This document shows, one piece after another, positions 13,701-27,090 of a stretch of 60,522 nt of DNA. The position numbers were made by a program, and so were the translations under genes. Below the pieces are notes generated by a model that worked only from the letters and a program-made list of their open reading frames with translations, was not told where the DNA came from and did not search any database. Each line of letters starts with the position of its first letter. The first letter of the stretch is position 1. The stretch is from Hydrolagus affinis (taxonomy: Eukaryota): contig JAAILG010001882.1 in assembly GCA_012026655.1 (NCBI GenBank), positions 1 through 60,522 of the forward strand, given 5' to 3'.

Positions 13701-14819
13701 ATTTTATGAATTTATGAATGTGTCTTTACATAACTTTTGTTTAAAAATAGATTGAGACAGCAAAATATATATGGAAATAGAAACTGCATGATTTGTGACC
13801 AATTTGTTTCAGGTTAATTTCAGATCCACAAGTAGCCCAGAAATATAGTCAATTCAGTTTACAGTATATCCTGTGAAGCGCTTTGAGACATCCAGAATAC
13901 GTGAAAAGCACTATATCAAATGCAAGGATTATTATTATTATAGCAAATGATGATTAGCATAATCTAACTAGTTACCTTCATTTGGGTCGCAAAAAATTAT
14001 TGATTGCAACTTTGAAAACATACTTCCTTACGTGTTGATGTCAGGAAGAGTTTAAAAGGTAATACCACTGGGCAGTGAAGCGTTATGCCAAATATATTGA
14101 CTGCACAATCCAGTATTATTTTGGGAGACAAAAATAATCCAATTTACCATTGATATTCAATCTGCTATGTTGGCTAAAACATGAATTATCATTGTAATGA
14201 TTACTTACTTTTGTGTGAATCTTCTATCAAATGAATTATGCTATAGCTGGTGTTCCTTATAGGGATGTCTCTCATTCTACCAGCTTTTCATCGAAAACTA
14301 GTTTTAAGGGTATTCAGCTATTTTAATTTAGAATTGAGGCAGAAGTGTCTTATTTGCTGACAATGTTCTGTGTGTTCACAAATTTCTTCTTGGACGAGCG
14401 GTCTATAAATGTAAACTTATTTCCTAAATGGATGAACTCCACATATTCCATAAAGTGTTCAATCGACCAGCCTCTTAACTGTGAAATCTTACAGAAAGTG
14501 TGTAATATGATGCAAAATATAACCTAAACAAAACAATGGCATTATCATTCCTGGTTTACTGAAGTTGTGACATAAAACAAGAGGGTGTTCATTTGAAGTA
14601 AAAATGCTTCTGAGCAATTTTAGCCACTGTTTGCACAGAATGTATTGTGCATCCTTTACTCACAACCGCAGTCACCACAAAGCAAGCTTTACGACAACTG
14701 TAGATCACATCTTTAGTCACAAAACCTTTTAAACCCAATTAACCAAAGTATTGGCGGTATACATAATGGTAACTCATCTTTCAACTGATCTCTCTTTCTC
14801 CTTCCTATCCAACCCCCTT

Positions 14820-16068
14820 CCAAACACATTTGATCAATTTATTCTGATTTCTTTTGTCACCAGAAAAGAAAATATTATTTAAGGTCTCTGTGATGACACA
14901 GAATTGTATATTTTATAGCATGATCTAAAAAGCAGAGTGACTGATGTTTGTACAGTTAGTTTACTATCCACATTTGTTCCTTTTACAGCTGTGGGCTATT
15001 ATAAGGCCAAAGCAAGATGGTCTGTTCCACCACCAGCTACTTCACATAGAAACTAACAGCTTTTGGAGGAAAAGAGAGATCCCTTTGTCATGCAGCTAGT
15101 GCCCAAAATGCATTATACAGCATTATATGTACAAGAAAACCAACCGTGAAACAAAATGTGTACCAGAACTGAACAGGCTGAACATACAATTGAACATACA
15201 ATTGAATTGAATCATTCTGACTCTCAAGACTATTCAACTGATGCATCTGCAAGGAAAATCCTTCAATGGGGGAAAATATTAAAATTGTAACATTTACTAA
15301 TGTTTAAACTCAAAGGGTGGACAGATTTAATATATTTTAGGGGAAAGATTCAATGGGAATTATTCGAGAAGCATCACAGATTTTTAAATATAAAATAAAA
15401 TGAAGCAAGTGTTCTAGCACTCTGAAAGGGAAACTCAGTTCAAACGTACTTGGAATTGAAAATCCCCAATTGAATTCCCTCCTGCACACCTCTTAAACTT
15501 ACAGAGAAATGTATTCAAGAATGTAACATGAAATGTACCTTCATCAACAGGTTAAGACACAAGAACACTAAAATGGAATGATATCAAACAGAAATACATC
15601 ATAGTTGGTAATGAAATACACTAATACGGGGGGCAATTTTCTGTTTAAGCAGTTGGCAGCCAGTCAAGAAATATAAAGAAATAAATAAAATTACCTAATT
15701 CACTCAATCTCCACAAGATTTTACCATTGTTATATACATATACAGTACATTGATGAAGCGCCAAATAGGTTCTGCATTTCACAGGAACACACCTAGTAAT
15801 ATTCCTACATATCTCACTTAACATTATCAAACAATGATTACTCCATATTGCTTATGAACATACAGAAATGAATTTAGAAATTAATGGTTCAAATAGGTGC
15901 TAAATTTTCACACAGCTAAAATTTAAATCTTACTATTAACTGTTCTTTCATGTCCATTAAGAAGAGCTGACAAATAAAATCCTATTGTGGCTAACTGAAT
16001 AACAGAGTTGGTACATGCATTTTGTTACCAGGCTATGCCAAATTTCAGCCTCTAAATGTAACTGTGGA
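14820..16068 (-). other. CADPS: Probable CADPS 3' UTR with AATAAA at 14838-14843
   Basis: AU-rich sequence without recognisable repeats after the stop codon; first minus-strand AATAAA I found is at 14838-14843. The 3' end is uncertain. Confidence 0.55.
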
Positions 16069-16248
16069 CTAATTGTCGTCTTCATTTTCTTCATCGCTGT
16101 CTTTCATTGTGATCCCTTGGAGACCGCCACCTTCAGACACTGATGCTGTGGCTTCCTCCAAGGTCAGCCTGTTACGAACAGTGTCATAGGTCTTGCTGTT
16201 CAATGTCGAGTCCAGAACACCCTGAAGTCGGAAATCTCTATACGTTTT
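16069..16248 (-). CDS. CADPS: CADPS last coding exon: [59 protein letters not shown]
   Basis: Matches the CAPS1-type acidic C-terminus; acceptor cttctag; TAG stop at 16069-16071. Confidence 0.97.
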   Translation of the reverse strand, partial: KTYRDFRLQGVLDSTLNSKTYDTVRNRLTLEEATASVSEGGGLQGITMKDSDEENEDDN

Positions 16249-17134
16249 CTAGAAGAGCCAAAAGGTACACAGGAATAGCTGTAAAAACAACATCTTAGAG
16301 GAAACAATGACTCAATCTTTGTAAATAATAATAATACTTGCATTTGATATAGCACTTTTCTCTATATCAAAATAAATGATTTTTCACTAAATACAAAGAA
16401 ATTAGATTGTGTCTTTTAGAGTGCCAGCTAATATTCACTGCTTATTATTGTATTATCATCTAATATCCTCATTTATGCTAAGAAGCACAGGTTGGATGCA
16501 ACCCAAAAAATCTGACATGTGTTTGCCACTATAAACTGTTTGAATTTGAATTCCAAATCGGCACTGACATAAAATGAGCCCACCTCAGGGCTGGATTTCA
16601 TCATAGCGTGCCCATTTGGAAACGTGAATATTCATGACAGTAAAAACTGGCAGCAAGCTTACCACAGACTCATGAACGTAGGAAAGCATTGATACATCTA
16701 AGACTTTCAGAAACCAGGGATGGAATCAATTGATGCATTTTAAATTAGATGGTGCTGTGTTTTTTACGATAATGACATCTCAATGCAGAAAATAAATGAA
16801 GTAGGATAGATTGTGTAGGTTGATAAGGGAACAACAAAGTCAGAGATGACAATGAAGAGATACAAACACTGTACATCTCCGCAGCCAATACAACAACTTC
16901 CTAATCTTGGCCATTCTATCAGGGAAGTACAGGAGAGGGAAAAATTGGAATGGTATGATCGCTCTCAATTTTCATGAGTAGGTAGGATAGCTAAGTAGAC
17001 CTCTGTCTGGATTGAATCCTCTTAAGCATTGTGATGCATTTCTGCATTGGCCAGACCAATTTGGTTGACCGAAAAAACAAATTGCTCTAGCATACCTCCT
17101 AGCTGCTGACTTTAACCTGAACAGTGGGAGGGAG

Positions 17135-17270
17135 TAAAAACAGAATTACTGGGAAAACTCAGCAGGTCAGGCAGCATCCATGGAGAAAGCGAAATGAGTC
17201 AACATTTCGGGTCCATGACCCTTCGTCAGAATTGTTTCAGATCTCCAGCATCTGTAGTATTTTGTGTTTT
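17135..17270. mobile_element. Penelope-like element terminal remnant
   Basis: ctcagcaggtcaggcagcatc...tttcgggtccatgacccttcgtcagaa...tccagcatctgtagtatttt, typical of chondrichthyan PLE pseudo-LTR fragments; minus-strand CTGACGA-stem-GAAA core. Confidence 0.7.
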
Positions 17271-17319
17271 GAGTGGGAGTTGAGTTGGTGAAGTGAAGAG
17301 AAAATGAAATAAAATGATA

Positions 17320-17610
17320 ATATAATAATTATCCTTGCATTTGATATAACACATTATCATGTGATTAAATATCATGGTTAGGGCAGATTTCCATTGTAAA
17401 TCGAATTATATTTCAGCCAGATAATATGTCATTTTACTTTACAGTAAAGTGCTATGAAGCACTTTGAGATGTCTAGAAGACATGATAATAATAATAATCC
17501 TTGCTTTTCTAGACATCTCAAAGCGCTTCTCAGAAAACACTGTAAGGTGAATTGACTGTATATTGTATATGTAGGTGATAAGGCACTATATCAAATGCAA
17601 GCATTATTAT
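17320..17610. mobile_element. Pile-up of SINE 3' fragments in both orientations
   Basis: Repeated aataatccttgc / tatcaaatgcaag tail motifs. Confidence 0.7.
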
Positions 17611-17789
17611 ATGTTTTGTATAATGTATTACAAATGCATTATAATCTTCTGGATTGTTGTTCTATGGGTTTTATGGATTTCAAGAATGAAGCCATATGTT
17701 TGGAATATTAAATAGGCTAACGGCCAAAAAGATTTGACACTGAGCAACCTTGGACTTTCTTTCCTCCCCCAGTAACTTTTTATTTATTC

Positions 17790-18135
17790 TTTCACACTCC
17801 TGCTTCCTCTTTCGGTTTGGAAGGAGAGGCAGTTTCAGTCACATGCTGTGCCGCGGCTGCCATCAATGCTGCTTTGTGTGGCTCGGGCCCCGCTGGGCTT
17901 TTCCAAGCACAGTGCAGTGTTCATCTGGCAGCCCGGCTGAGAGCTAGTGAAATTCACCCAATGAGCACAGGACACTTGAATGCCAGTGAGAGCCGTCTTT
18001 GAACTCAAGGCTCTCCAGTTTGGCGTCCAGGACTCGTCCACTGGAGCTTGTGGGCCCCATCGGGGGCAACTTCTATAGAAACTTTGTGCAATGCAAGTTC
18101 TGCAAGGGAAACAGCCCTTGAAACAAGCTACCTGT
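17790..18135. promoter_or_regulatory. GC-rich unique intronic block, putative enhancer
   Basis: Locally high GC/CpG, ATCAAT and CTTTGT Sox/TCF-like and CATCTG motifs; no repeat or coding match recognised. Confidence 0.35.
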
Positions 18136-18353
18136 GGCTACAATAGATTCAGAACATTTTAATTATATATTCTCAATTCAACAGCATTTGCCTTCTTTGG
18201 AACACTGGGTTGGTCAGTAAAGAAGCCTTCATTTAGTTTTCATAACACCTCTCTAATAGTCAACTGAAACAATGTTTTACCTAATCTTTCTTTCCTTTTG
18301 TCTTCTGCTTCCTTTGAAATGCCACTTCCTGCAAGTTAGCTAACCTCCCCCAC

Positions 18354-18375
18354 CACACACACACACACACACACA
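18354..18375. repeat. (CA)n microsatellite
   Basis: Directly visible. Confidence 0.9.
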
Positions 18376-18751
18376 GAACACATTACCACACAGTGCATTT
18401 TATTTGACTATATCCTTTTACTAAGCAATGCTTCAATTGAAAAAGAATCTTACTACACAAAATGTTTACGTTGTCTGTGCAACACACCAGACCTTCAACA
18501 GCCCAGTGCAAAAGGGGAGAAAAATATTGTATAAAAAAGTTATTTATTTTATTTCATTGAATATGATGCATTTTAGTATGAATGTGGAAAGCAGCTGAAA
18601 ACACATTGTAGCAAGAGCTGGAACCTGATAACTATTTGTAGCAGTAGTACAGGAAAATAACCAATTGGGTTGATGAGAGCACGAGAGGTTTGACTAAATG
18701 ATATATGCTTCACAAGTAAACTTATAACTTTATCTCCCTCTATCATATACC

Positions 18752-18984
18752 GTGCAAACCTGGGACAATTTTCCTCACTCTACATGCCCGATAAAAATCC
18801 CTCAAAAAAAATTGGTCGTTTCAGTCCGCATCTGGTTTGTGAGATTCTACTGTGCGCAATTGACTACTGAATTCTTCCCACAAAATATACAGTCAATTCA
18901 CTTTGCAGTTCAGAATGTGAAGTGCTCTGCGACATCTAGAAGATGTGAAAAAGCACGATATCAAATGCAAGGACTATTACTATT
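18752..18984 (+). mobile_element. 5'-truncated SINE
   Basis: SINE body and tatcaaatgcaaggactattactatta tail. Confidence 0.8.
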
Positions 18985-19156
18985 ATATGCATGCTACTTT
19001 TTCTTTTTTTTAGGGAGCGCAGGATGTGAATAAATTTTGCCAACTCACAATCCTGGTGCGCAAGATTGTCCTACGCAACACCAAACCTCCTCCCTCTTGT
19101 CCTGCTGCCTCAGTTTATATTCAGAAAATGGCCACATTTAAACGTGGCTTTCTCAC

Positions 19157-19261
19157 CTTAATAAGCCTGATGAGGATTTTCAGCTGGTAAATATGAAGCT
19201 GCAGGTCCATCCGATCAGTCAGCCAGGTGCAGATAACATTCATGGAGCTTGTGTACCATTG
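19157..19261 (-). CDS. CADPS: CADPS penultimate coding exon (105 nt): [35 protein letters not shown]
   Basis: Translation match; acceptor ttcttctcag, donor AAG|gtgaga. Confidence 0.97.
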
Positions 19262-20299
19262 CTGAGAAGAAAAAAACAAAACAACACTCTCCAGCATGAG
19301 GATCACAGCGGGCCAGATATTATTGAAACCACAATATGTTCACGAACAGTCAGCAGAACAGTCAGGTTCAACCCTGGCTAAAACTCAAGCTCTGCAATTG
19401 AAGCTCAATCAATCTTCAGCAAAATTTCTCAAGCACTTACACAAACCTTTCATATCTGCAACTGCAATTCTTACTCAGACACTCTCTTCCCATCAGTAAG
19501 CTGCTGTAACACTTGACTTCTTCCTCGAGAGAGATAAGGATACATTTACAGCTAGAAGCTTGTGCAAAACCGTGGGGCACTCACTCCGACTCATAGCGAT
19601 TTATTTTCATACCGTCTGTAAAAATGCTGAAACAATATAATTGTAGAAGATTCCCCCCCAACAGTCGCACATATGAATATTGCAGCTACAAGCTTACATC
19701 TCATCCAGAGATGAACCAGAACTGTGTAAAAATTACTGGGCACCTGAGAAGGCATGTCCAATGATACAACTGCGGGTCACAGGTAATATCCATGATCAAA
19801 CCTAAGGGGTGGTTTGATAGTACAGTATTGCCACAGTTGTGGGAGGTGAGCAGTTACAGCACTGCTGTTTAACATGCGGATTTACATTTTGGTGCCCAGT
19901 GGTCTTCGTACGGTGGCCACTTTTGCAACAATTAAAAAACGACATACCTCAAGCAACATTAATATGAACATCAATTTATTATGATGTGGGGCTGTACTAG
20001 TGGGGTGCAGTTTCAACACAATTGCCCTTTGTTTAGGGTGTGATGTGTCCTCCAGTTGAACACCAGTTTTGAACATAGGAGCAGCAGTGATTGAGACATG
20101 GTATTCTGGCCATTCAAAATGTCAATGGCATACTGCTGTTACCAACCTGAAAGGCATTCAGCAAATGCAACTGGTGTTGTTGTAGTACAGTACATTCATT
20201 CTTCACTCACAACAGATTATTTTCAATTGCATGCACTTCTCCATACCCGTCAGTGTAACATTTTAGCACACACCATTTATAACTTCAGTTTTCATCATT

Positions 20300-23200
20300 C
20301 ATATACATACACGGCTCGACAGCAGCTTGAAAATGAAATGCTAGTGATACTGCAGCAGATCAATGAGCATATTAAAGAAAGAGAAGGACGATTCATCAGA
20401 ATATTCATTCTGTACCTGTGTGGTTTTCTTTTGCAGTTTGTTCTGCCTTTCCCGGTTGCCCGTATGAGTGACACAGGCATCATTGATGTACATGCATCAT
20501 TTGGAGCCAATGCTCCATTATGTGCCCGTTGGGATTCGCAGATTCTTGTATGAAAAACAATGTTCCTGAGTTTGCCATTCAGCCACTTTGACTCTGAACT
20601 CCACACTCCGCAGCTTTGTTCTCACACTTTTGGGGATTTTAGAACTTTCAAGTGTCTCATTAGCTGCCCTCAGAGGTGTGAAATACTGATTATTGCTGCT
20701 CATCCTCATAGCCTGACCCCCTTGTGAAAGCGCTAATCAAACTGCGTTTCTCATAAACAATATTTGGGAATGATGGATGCTTGTTCGATTTGGTTAAGGG
20801 TTTCATTAAAAATTTGAATGGCAGGATTTTCTTTCTTTTTAAAAAAAATTGTTGCTGTAGGAGTGTGTTGATTTACTGTTTTAAAAAAGCCAGGCTCTAT
20901 TACATTTCAATTTCCAGTCCAAAGCAACACAAAGCCTTTGCTCTATGTGCTTTAAAGGAACTACTTCGAATTTCCTGACTGCACCAAATCCTCCAATGCT
21001 TTCAGGTAACAATGATAAAATACTGTGCTTGCAAATACTTGTTCCCCCATCAACAGATTACATTTTTTAAACCTGTCCATAACACGTTAAGACCTGTTCT
21101 AATCGTTTCACATAAGCAATATCATAAACAAATATATTGTCCAGCCAATTTCACATTAAAATATTTTTCTTAACATTATAGTCAATTATAGTCAATAAAT
21201 TATACATAGCACAAAAAATATTTGCTGTGCTTTCTAGTCTATATGTGGTAAATGATGGAACAAAGAATTAAACAGAATTTCAAGAACAAACCAGGCAGGT
21301 TTCTAAAAATTAAAAGGATTCAGAATTATTAGATGATCAGATGGGTGGATTGAAAGCAATCTTTTGGGAAGTTGAAGTTTCACAATAGTCTACTCCTGCC
21401 GGAAATTGCTTCTGTGCAACTTACTTGGGACAGTGTCTTTACCAATCATGCCCATCGGGGAAAGCTTGGATGAAAATGGTTTAACTAAATGTTATAACTC
21501 TCAGTAATGCCATACTGATCCCTGAATATGTTAAATAAAACTTGATTTGAATAAATCTGCAAGCAGCATACTGATTATGGCATTCATTTGTGAAAATAAG
21601 GATAAGGAAGCATTGGGTTCCTGTGTTCTCAGGGAGTTGGTGTCATTACACTTACACAGGAACATCTGCAACCTTGTTCTACAGCCAGATTTGAAAGGCT
21701 GTCTGACCTCCTGCTTCAACCTCCCTGCTCTCTGCCATGAACCTTGAGTTCACACTCATATTTTACATGTTACAGGAAGCCGCATCTCACTCCAGGGGTG
21801 CTGCAAACAGAATGCATCAAACCAGATGCAGTACCACAGCTTAATGCACCTGAAGGAGTTGTGTTTCCCATTCAGAACATAAATTCTAGTGGCTTAAGGT
21901 CACTGCAGCTTTTGTATCGTCTAAAACAAAAACAGGAATTCTAGTAGGGCTGAATTCTTAGCAGGGAAGCGGAGGGATTACAAGCAACCTGTGACTCTGC
22001 CTCTTTCTGCCTTTGCTAGTAATTTTGTGTGTGTGTGAGTGCTACAGAACAGATTGGGGCTGGTATAAAGGCCTTGTGACTGTGCAAGAGCACCCTGCTG
22101 AGTCCCAGCTGTGCTTGCAATTAGCAGGAGGCATGAAATGATTGTTATTGTGGTGACTGACAGCAATGTGAAGTGACAAGTTTTATATGGAAGGCTGCTG
22201 CAGAGTAGAAGTTCTGCAATTTTTGTAAACTATTAATGCAAGGGTGAAAAAATGCGATTGAATTCATGGTACTGCTTTGCGAGTGGATTTGTCACGTAAA
22301 TGCTTATGTTTGTCTATTTGTTCATGTTTGTGGATGGGGGTGAAGGGTGGGGAGGTTTTCCTGAATTGAGGCTTTTCACTACACTATTCAGCAGCAAATC
22401 TGGCCGTTTGCCTCAAATTAGCAAGAGGCCTGCAGTTAAAGGATGGAGATTAGGCCTAGAAAATGACACAGCAGGTGCCTGTAGGGTGGATTTGGGGGTT
22501 GAGAAGTCTTTAAATCTGACTACATCACATTATATACTTCCGACAAAAGGACATAGTAATCCTACCTGCTTGCTTTAACCACTGTTGTTTGTCTATTATT
22601 ATGTGCTTTATTGCTCATGAGAGGAAAACTATTGGCAATACTACTCAATTACCATAGAAACCCACACCAGTGACCCCTCATTTCAGAACCTTCTATCCAA
22701 CTGAAGGCAATCCAAGCAGTTGAAATCTACTTAGAATTGTGATAAATAATGCACTAGGGAAATCCAGGGCTGGTCTGGCTTCTTCTCACCCAGACCATAG
22801 CCTTGCATGGGAAACCTGAATGGGCATCTTGAGATAATCTCTGAATCCAAGGTGTCAGAGAAATGCTAAAGGATTCAAACTGCTGTAATTGCCTCATTGA
22901 CACAATGTGAGCAGCAGGGAGACTACACAACTTGAAAAAAGGGGTTACAAATAAAATTTGTCAGAAAGGCACGCATTATACAAACTTTTAAAATGTGAAC
23001 CTTTTGATGGTGGCTGCTACAGAAGACAACTCAACTGCTGTGATATCAAAGCCGAGCTTTTGCTGAAGTTTTCTAAAAGGCTATCCTTGTGTACACAATA
23101 CCTTATCTAAAATAAATGATACACATCACACGTAAGTGCTTGTCTGCCTCTGAATGTGTTCTCCTAACTAACAAAACGGCCGCGTTTGATGCCTTTGCAA

Positions 23201-25400
23201 CTGCACTACATATATCACATTTTTATGTTACTATAGAACGGCAGTTCACAAAAAGCAAGCTTCCTGGGAGTTTGTGTTTATTTGTGACCAGCCTCAGTGC
23301 AATATCTCAAAGCCACCTGAAAGAAAGTTTTTTCCTCTCCACAAATCTGTGGGTTCTAGGCAGTTACGCTTTGCAATTTTCATCTATTTGCATTGTTTTC
23401 ACACACTGCTGCACAACGCCAATCAGGCTCCTTTTGTAAATGCCATTGTAAAAAGTAATTGGGAGTTCAATGCAGTTTTTTTTGTAATGGTTTAAAAGAT
23501 GCAAAATGTGAATCTTTAAAACAGAAAGACCCAATCCTCCACGCCACCTCCTCTTCAACATTTCTGATAATTGCCTTTCAGATATATAATATTCAAGAGC
23601 TTTAATAGAATTGGAATACTTAAAAGCTTTATTTGAGGTTAATATACGACATGTAATTTGTTTTTGCTGCATATTAATGTCTGTAGTTCTGACACAAGAT
23701 ATGACACAAAACATGACCATAACAATTCAATACAACTGTAAAAATTATAAAACTGTAAATGTGCACATCCCCCCAAAATTTCTGCCTCCTCCCTGATCCT
23801 CGCACTATGCAAAATCTGCTTTCCAGGAACAGTTGGAATGAAAGTACATGATACAGTGCTATCCAGTACATACTAAAAATAAATAAGTGCTTCTGAATTT
23901 TCACCTGGATCTAGACTTAGAATTTTATTTTCTTAGCATTTAAAAGTGTGTGCATTTCAGACCATTCATACATTTCAAATTTCATTTTGAAGCTGGTTTT
24001 TGGTAGTTTTTGAAAGAACTTACAATTGGCTTTATAATTGAGACAGAATTTAAGAACTGTCATAAAGATTGTCACAAAATTTGCACACTCAAAATGTCTT
24101 CAGGCCCCAGGTGGAATTTCTGCCCCAAGGTTTTTTACATACTGGGTGGAAATAAATACCCAGCTTTTCAACTGTTATAGTGTATTGTGTATGAGTGTAT
24201 TAGCACACTAATTGCACTTCTTTATACATTTTAACACAATACATTCATGATTTAGGGTATATTTTGTTTGATGCATGTCCAATCATATCCATGAAGATAT
24301 ATTTTTAAAATAAAGTAAGGATTACTGTTGTTAATTTGAGCAACATTTGGAAGAAAGGTATTGAAATGTGCATTTAAGATGATGAGTTAAAGGCCAACTC
24401 AAGACCAAAAGTAAAAACTTATGGTAACCTTATCACTTTTACCGAAACAGTGGAAAAGTTTTGTTAAGTTTAGGAGTGGAACTTTAATGAAACATGTGTG
24501 GTGTCAGCCTCCAGACCAAGTGAAATTAAATAAGCGACCTAGTACTCGAGATTCACACTGTGCATCTTAATAGAAGAAACCTCCTAAGTTGAATAGCTTG
24601 CCTTTTGGGACCAATTTGTCTCTTTTCACTCTTTATTTTTCCCTTTATACTGACAGATGTACAAAGACGGAACCGCACTGTGCAGCTCATCTACATGTAC
24701 CCGCAGCAGCTGTCACTTTTGTCGAGCAAGTTAATCAAACAAATGCCACCATATCCTGCTTTATACAGGCAAAAAACCACACTATAGGGATACACACTGT
24801 ATACAGAACTTCATTTCTGAACTGAGCCCTCATTTTTTTAAAATAAATCGTTGCCAGAAAAATCTTTTTCTCCTCCTAGCAGGTGTTACTAAACAAATAC
24901 ATATTTGTTTATTGTTGAGTTTTTAAGACAGAGTCTTCTTAATTACAGTAAAACATGTAACGTGGTTTAATTATTAAGATAACCGCACTCACTAACATCG
25001 GCTGATTTCTTTGAGATTAAACAATAGACCTCTTTGAGCAGTCCATGTTATTTTAATTCCATGTTTTGAATTCAGCTTTGCATGTTGACCGGTACATGGC
25101 TTGCTAATTTAAACAAAAATGTAATTTGCTCCAAACAAAAACCTTCATTAAATGCTCAGGCTGATCTCGCTAGGATGGTCTTTGTTAGTATCTCAACCAC
25201 ATTACAAAGGATGCCACTCTATTTAACAGACCAAAATCAATCTTTGTTTATATTGATTGTTTTTGACAAAACTGAAAGTCATTGTTTTCGCAGATCCATT
25301 GTTGGCTTTCAAAATAGTTGCAAACATTTGTCAAGTCTTGAAGCAATGATACAAAATAATTTGATGAAAATAATACAATTATAATTTTTTAAAAATTCAA
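20300..25400. promoter_or_regulatory. Repeat-depleted intronic region with several putative CNEs (approx. 20330-20850, 21540-22300, 23000-23500, 24480-24760)
   Basis: About 5 kb lacking the SINE/L2 tails common elsewhere; motif-dense (TAAT, TGACAG, CAGCTG, ACAAAG). Confidence 0.4.
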
Positions 25401-26899
25401 TATGTGCAGAGTTTTGTACAGTTAAGGTGATAAAAGCCTGGATACATTTTTATGTAGTTTCCATGAGTATAGCCATCAACACCATAATCGACAAAACTGT
25501 AAGTTATTATCCCTTTAAACATGCTTGATATGTTAAGAGAATCAACTGACTCTGGAACTGTACAAGTTGTATTTGCTGTTGTAAGCTAGTTGATTGTATA
25601 GCTCTGAATTGCTGTTAATAGATATTATCAAACTAAATGCTGAAGACAGACATATAGAGGAGACAGTGACAAGAACCCAGACCAGAGGGAGAGGGTGAGA
25701 GGCAAAAGAAACAAAAGAGATGTGCAGTTATGTCAAAATACTACAGGTTTTGGATAAAATGACAGTGGCAGAGGAAAATTTGAGGATTCATAAATGGAGC
25801 CTTGACATCAGGGAAAAGCGTTGTGTTGGATGTCAGGCTTCAGCTAGTTCTCAGCATTTGTGGGAGTGAAATTGACAATAGGAAATTAAGAGACAGGCTG
25901 GGAAAATGCACGCAGAAAGAAAGAGGGGGGTGGGCAGTCCTTGAGAGTAAGGCTGGAGAGGCTATGATAAGGAGACAGATCAGAGGGAGAGTTGTAAAAA
26001 TAAAGGAGAGTGAAAAGGATAGCAACGATGAACAGAACAGCAGAAGTGGCAACAGAGAATCCAGGAGAAACTGAAGGAAAAAAAAGAGAAAAAATACGAT
26101 CTGTGGATTATTTAACAGGTAAGGGGTTTTACTCAATTTATCTTGTGGATATGTGGCAGATTTGTAAACAGTATGCACCAGATACATGAGTGAAAACGAT
26201 CCCATCATATGGAGCAACACAGAAGTTAATTTACTGTTCTTATAGTATATTTGAGGAAGGGGAGAGTGACAGATGTTACAATTGAGCATCAGGCAGCAGC
26301 TCCTGAGTTCCAGTCTGATATGTTCCAGTTATAATCCCATCCATTTTTGTATTTGCATACTATTATTTTATGCAAACATACTGCACGGTTTCTATCGATT
26401 CGCTGTTTCAGTTCCAAATCAACACCAAAAGAGCAGAATTTAATTTGATCCAGACCAATTGAGTGTTGGCGAACATGCTGCCAGGGCACACTACACTGTA
26501 CTCTCTCAAAGTGGGCTGGGTACTATGGAGACCATCAAGTCTATAACTAGCCTCACTGTCCCTCTGGACCCCCGCTTGCTCAACCTACTGCCAACTAGGC
26601 AAAGAACCCTTGCCATTCCCACTCAACAAGACGGTATATCCCACTGACATGGCAAGGCACAGCACACCCACACAAGCCTAGACCAAGTGCCTGCTGGGAA
26701 CCTGGAATTATTTGCCCTGTTGGTGGTTGCCAGTGGAGCGTGGTTAAGTCCAGATGCCCAACAGCCATGGATCACACAGAAATGAGCCAATCTACTAGAT
26801 TTAGTGTATAGACTTTAAAGACCTTCAACCAGTTTTATGATTTAAGATCACAATATTATATATAAATCCCCCAAAAGGTGTATCGTATTCAGTGATTGT

Positions 26900-27090
26900 A
26901 ATAATAATGAATTAGCCAAAATAATCTTTCCCATTTACAAAATAAGTTAAATCACTTGCATGATTCATATGCTGCTCAGGTTATACTTTTGATTCTTTGC
27001 TCAGGTGTTGGACTCGTGACGCATCTGATGTGCCTTCTATATACAAGCTGGCATTTTTTATGGCCACCAAGAGAAGAGTAACTCAGTTAG
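26900..27090 (+). repeat. Copy 1 of a ~185-bp local duplication
   Basis: Direct alignment to 30377-30568 with ~10 differences by hand count. Confidence 0.95.
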
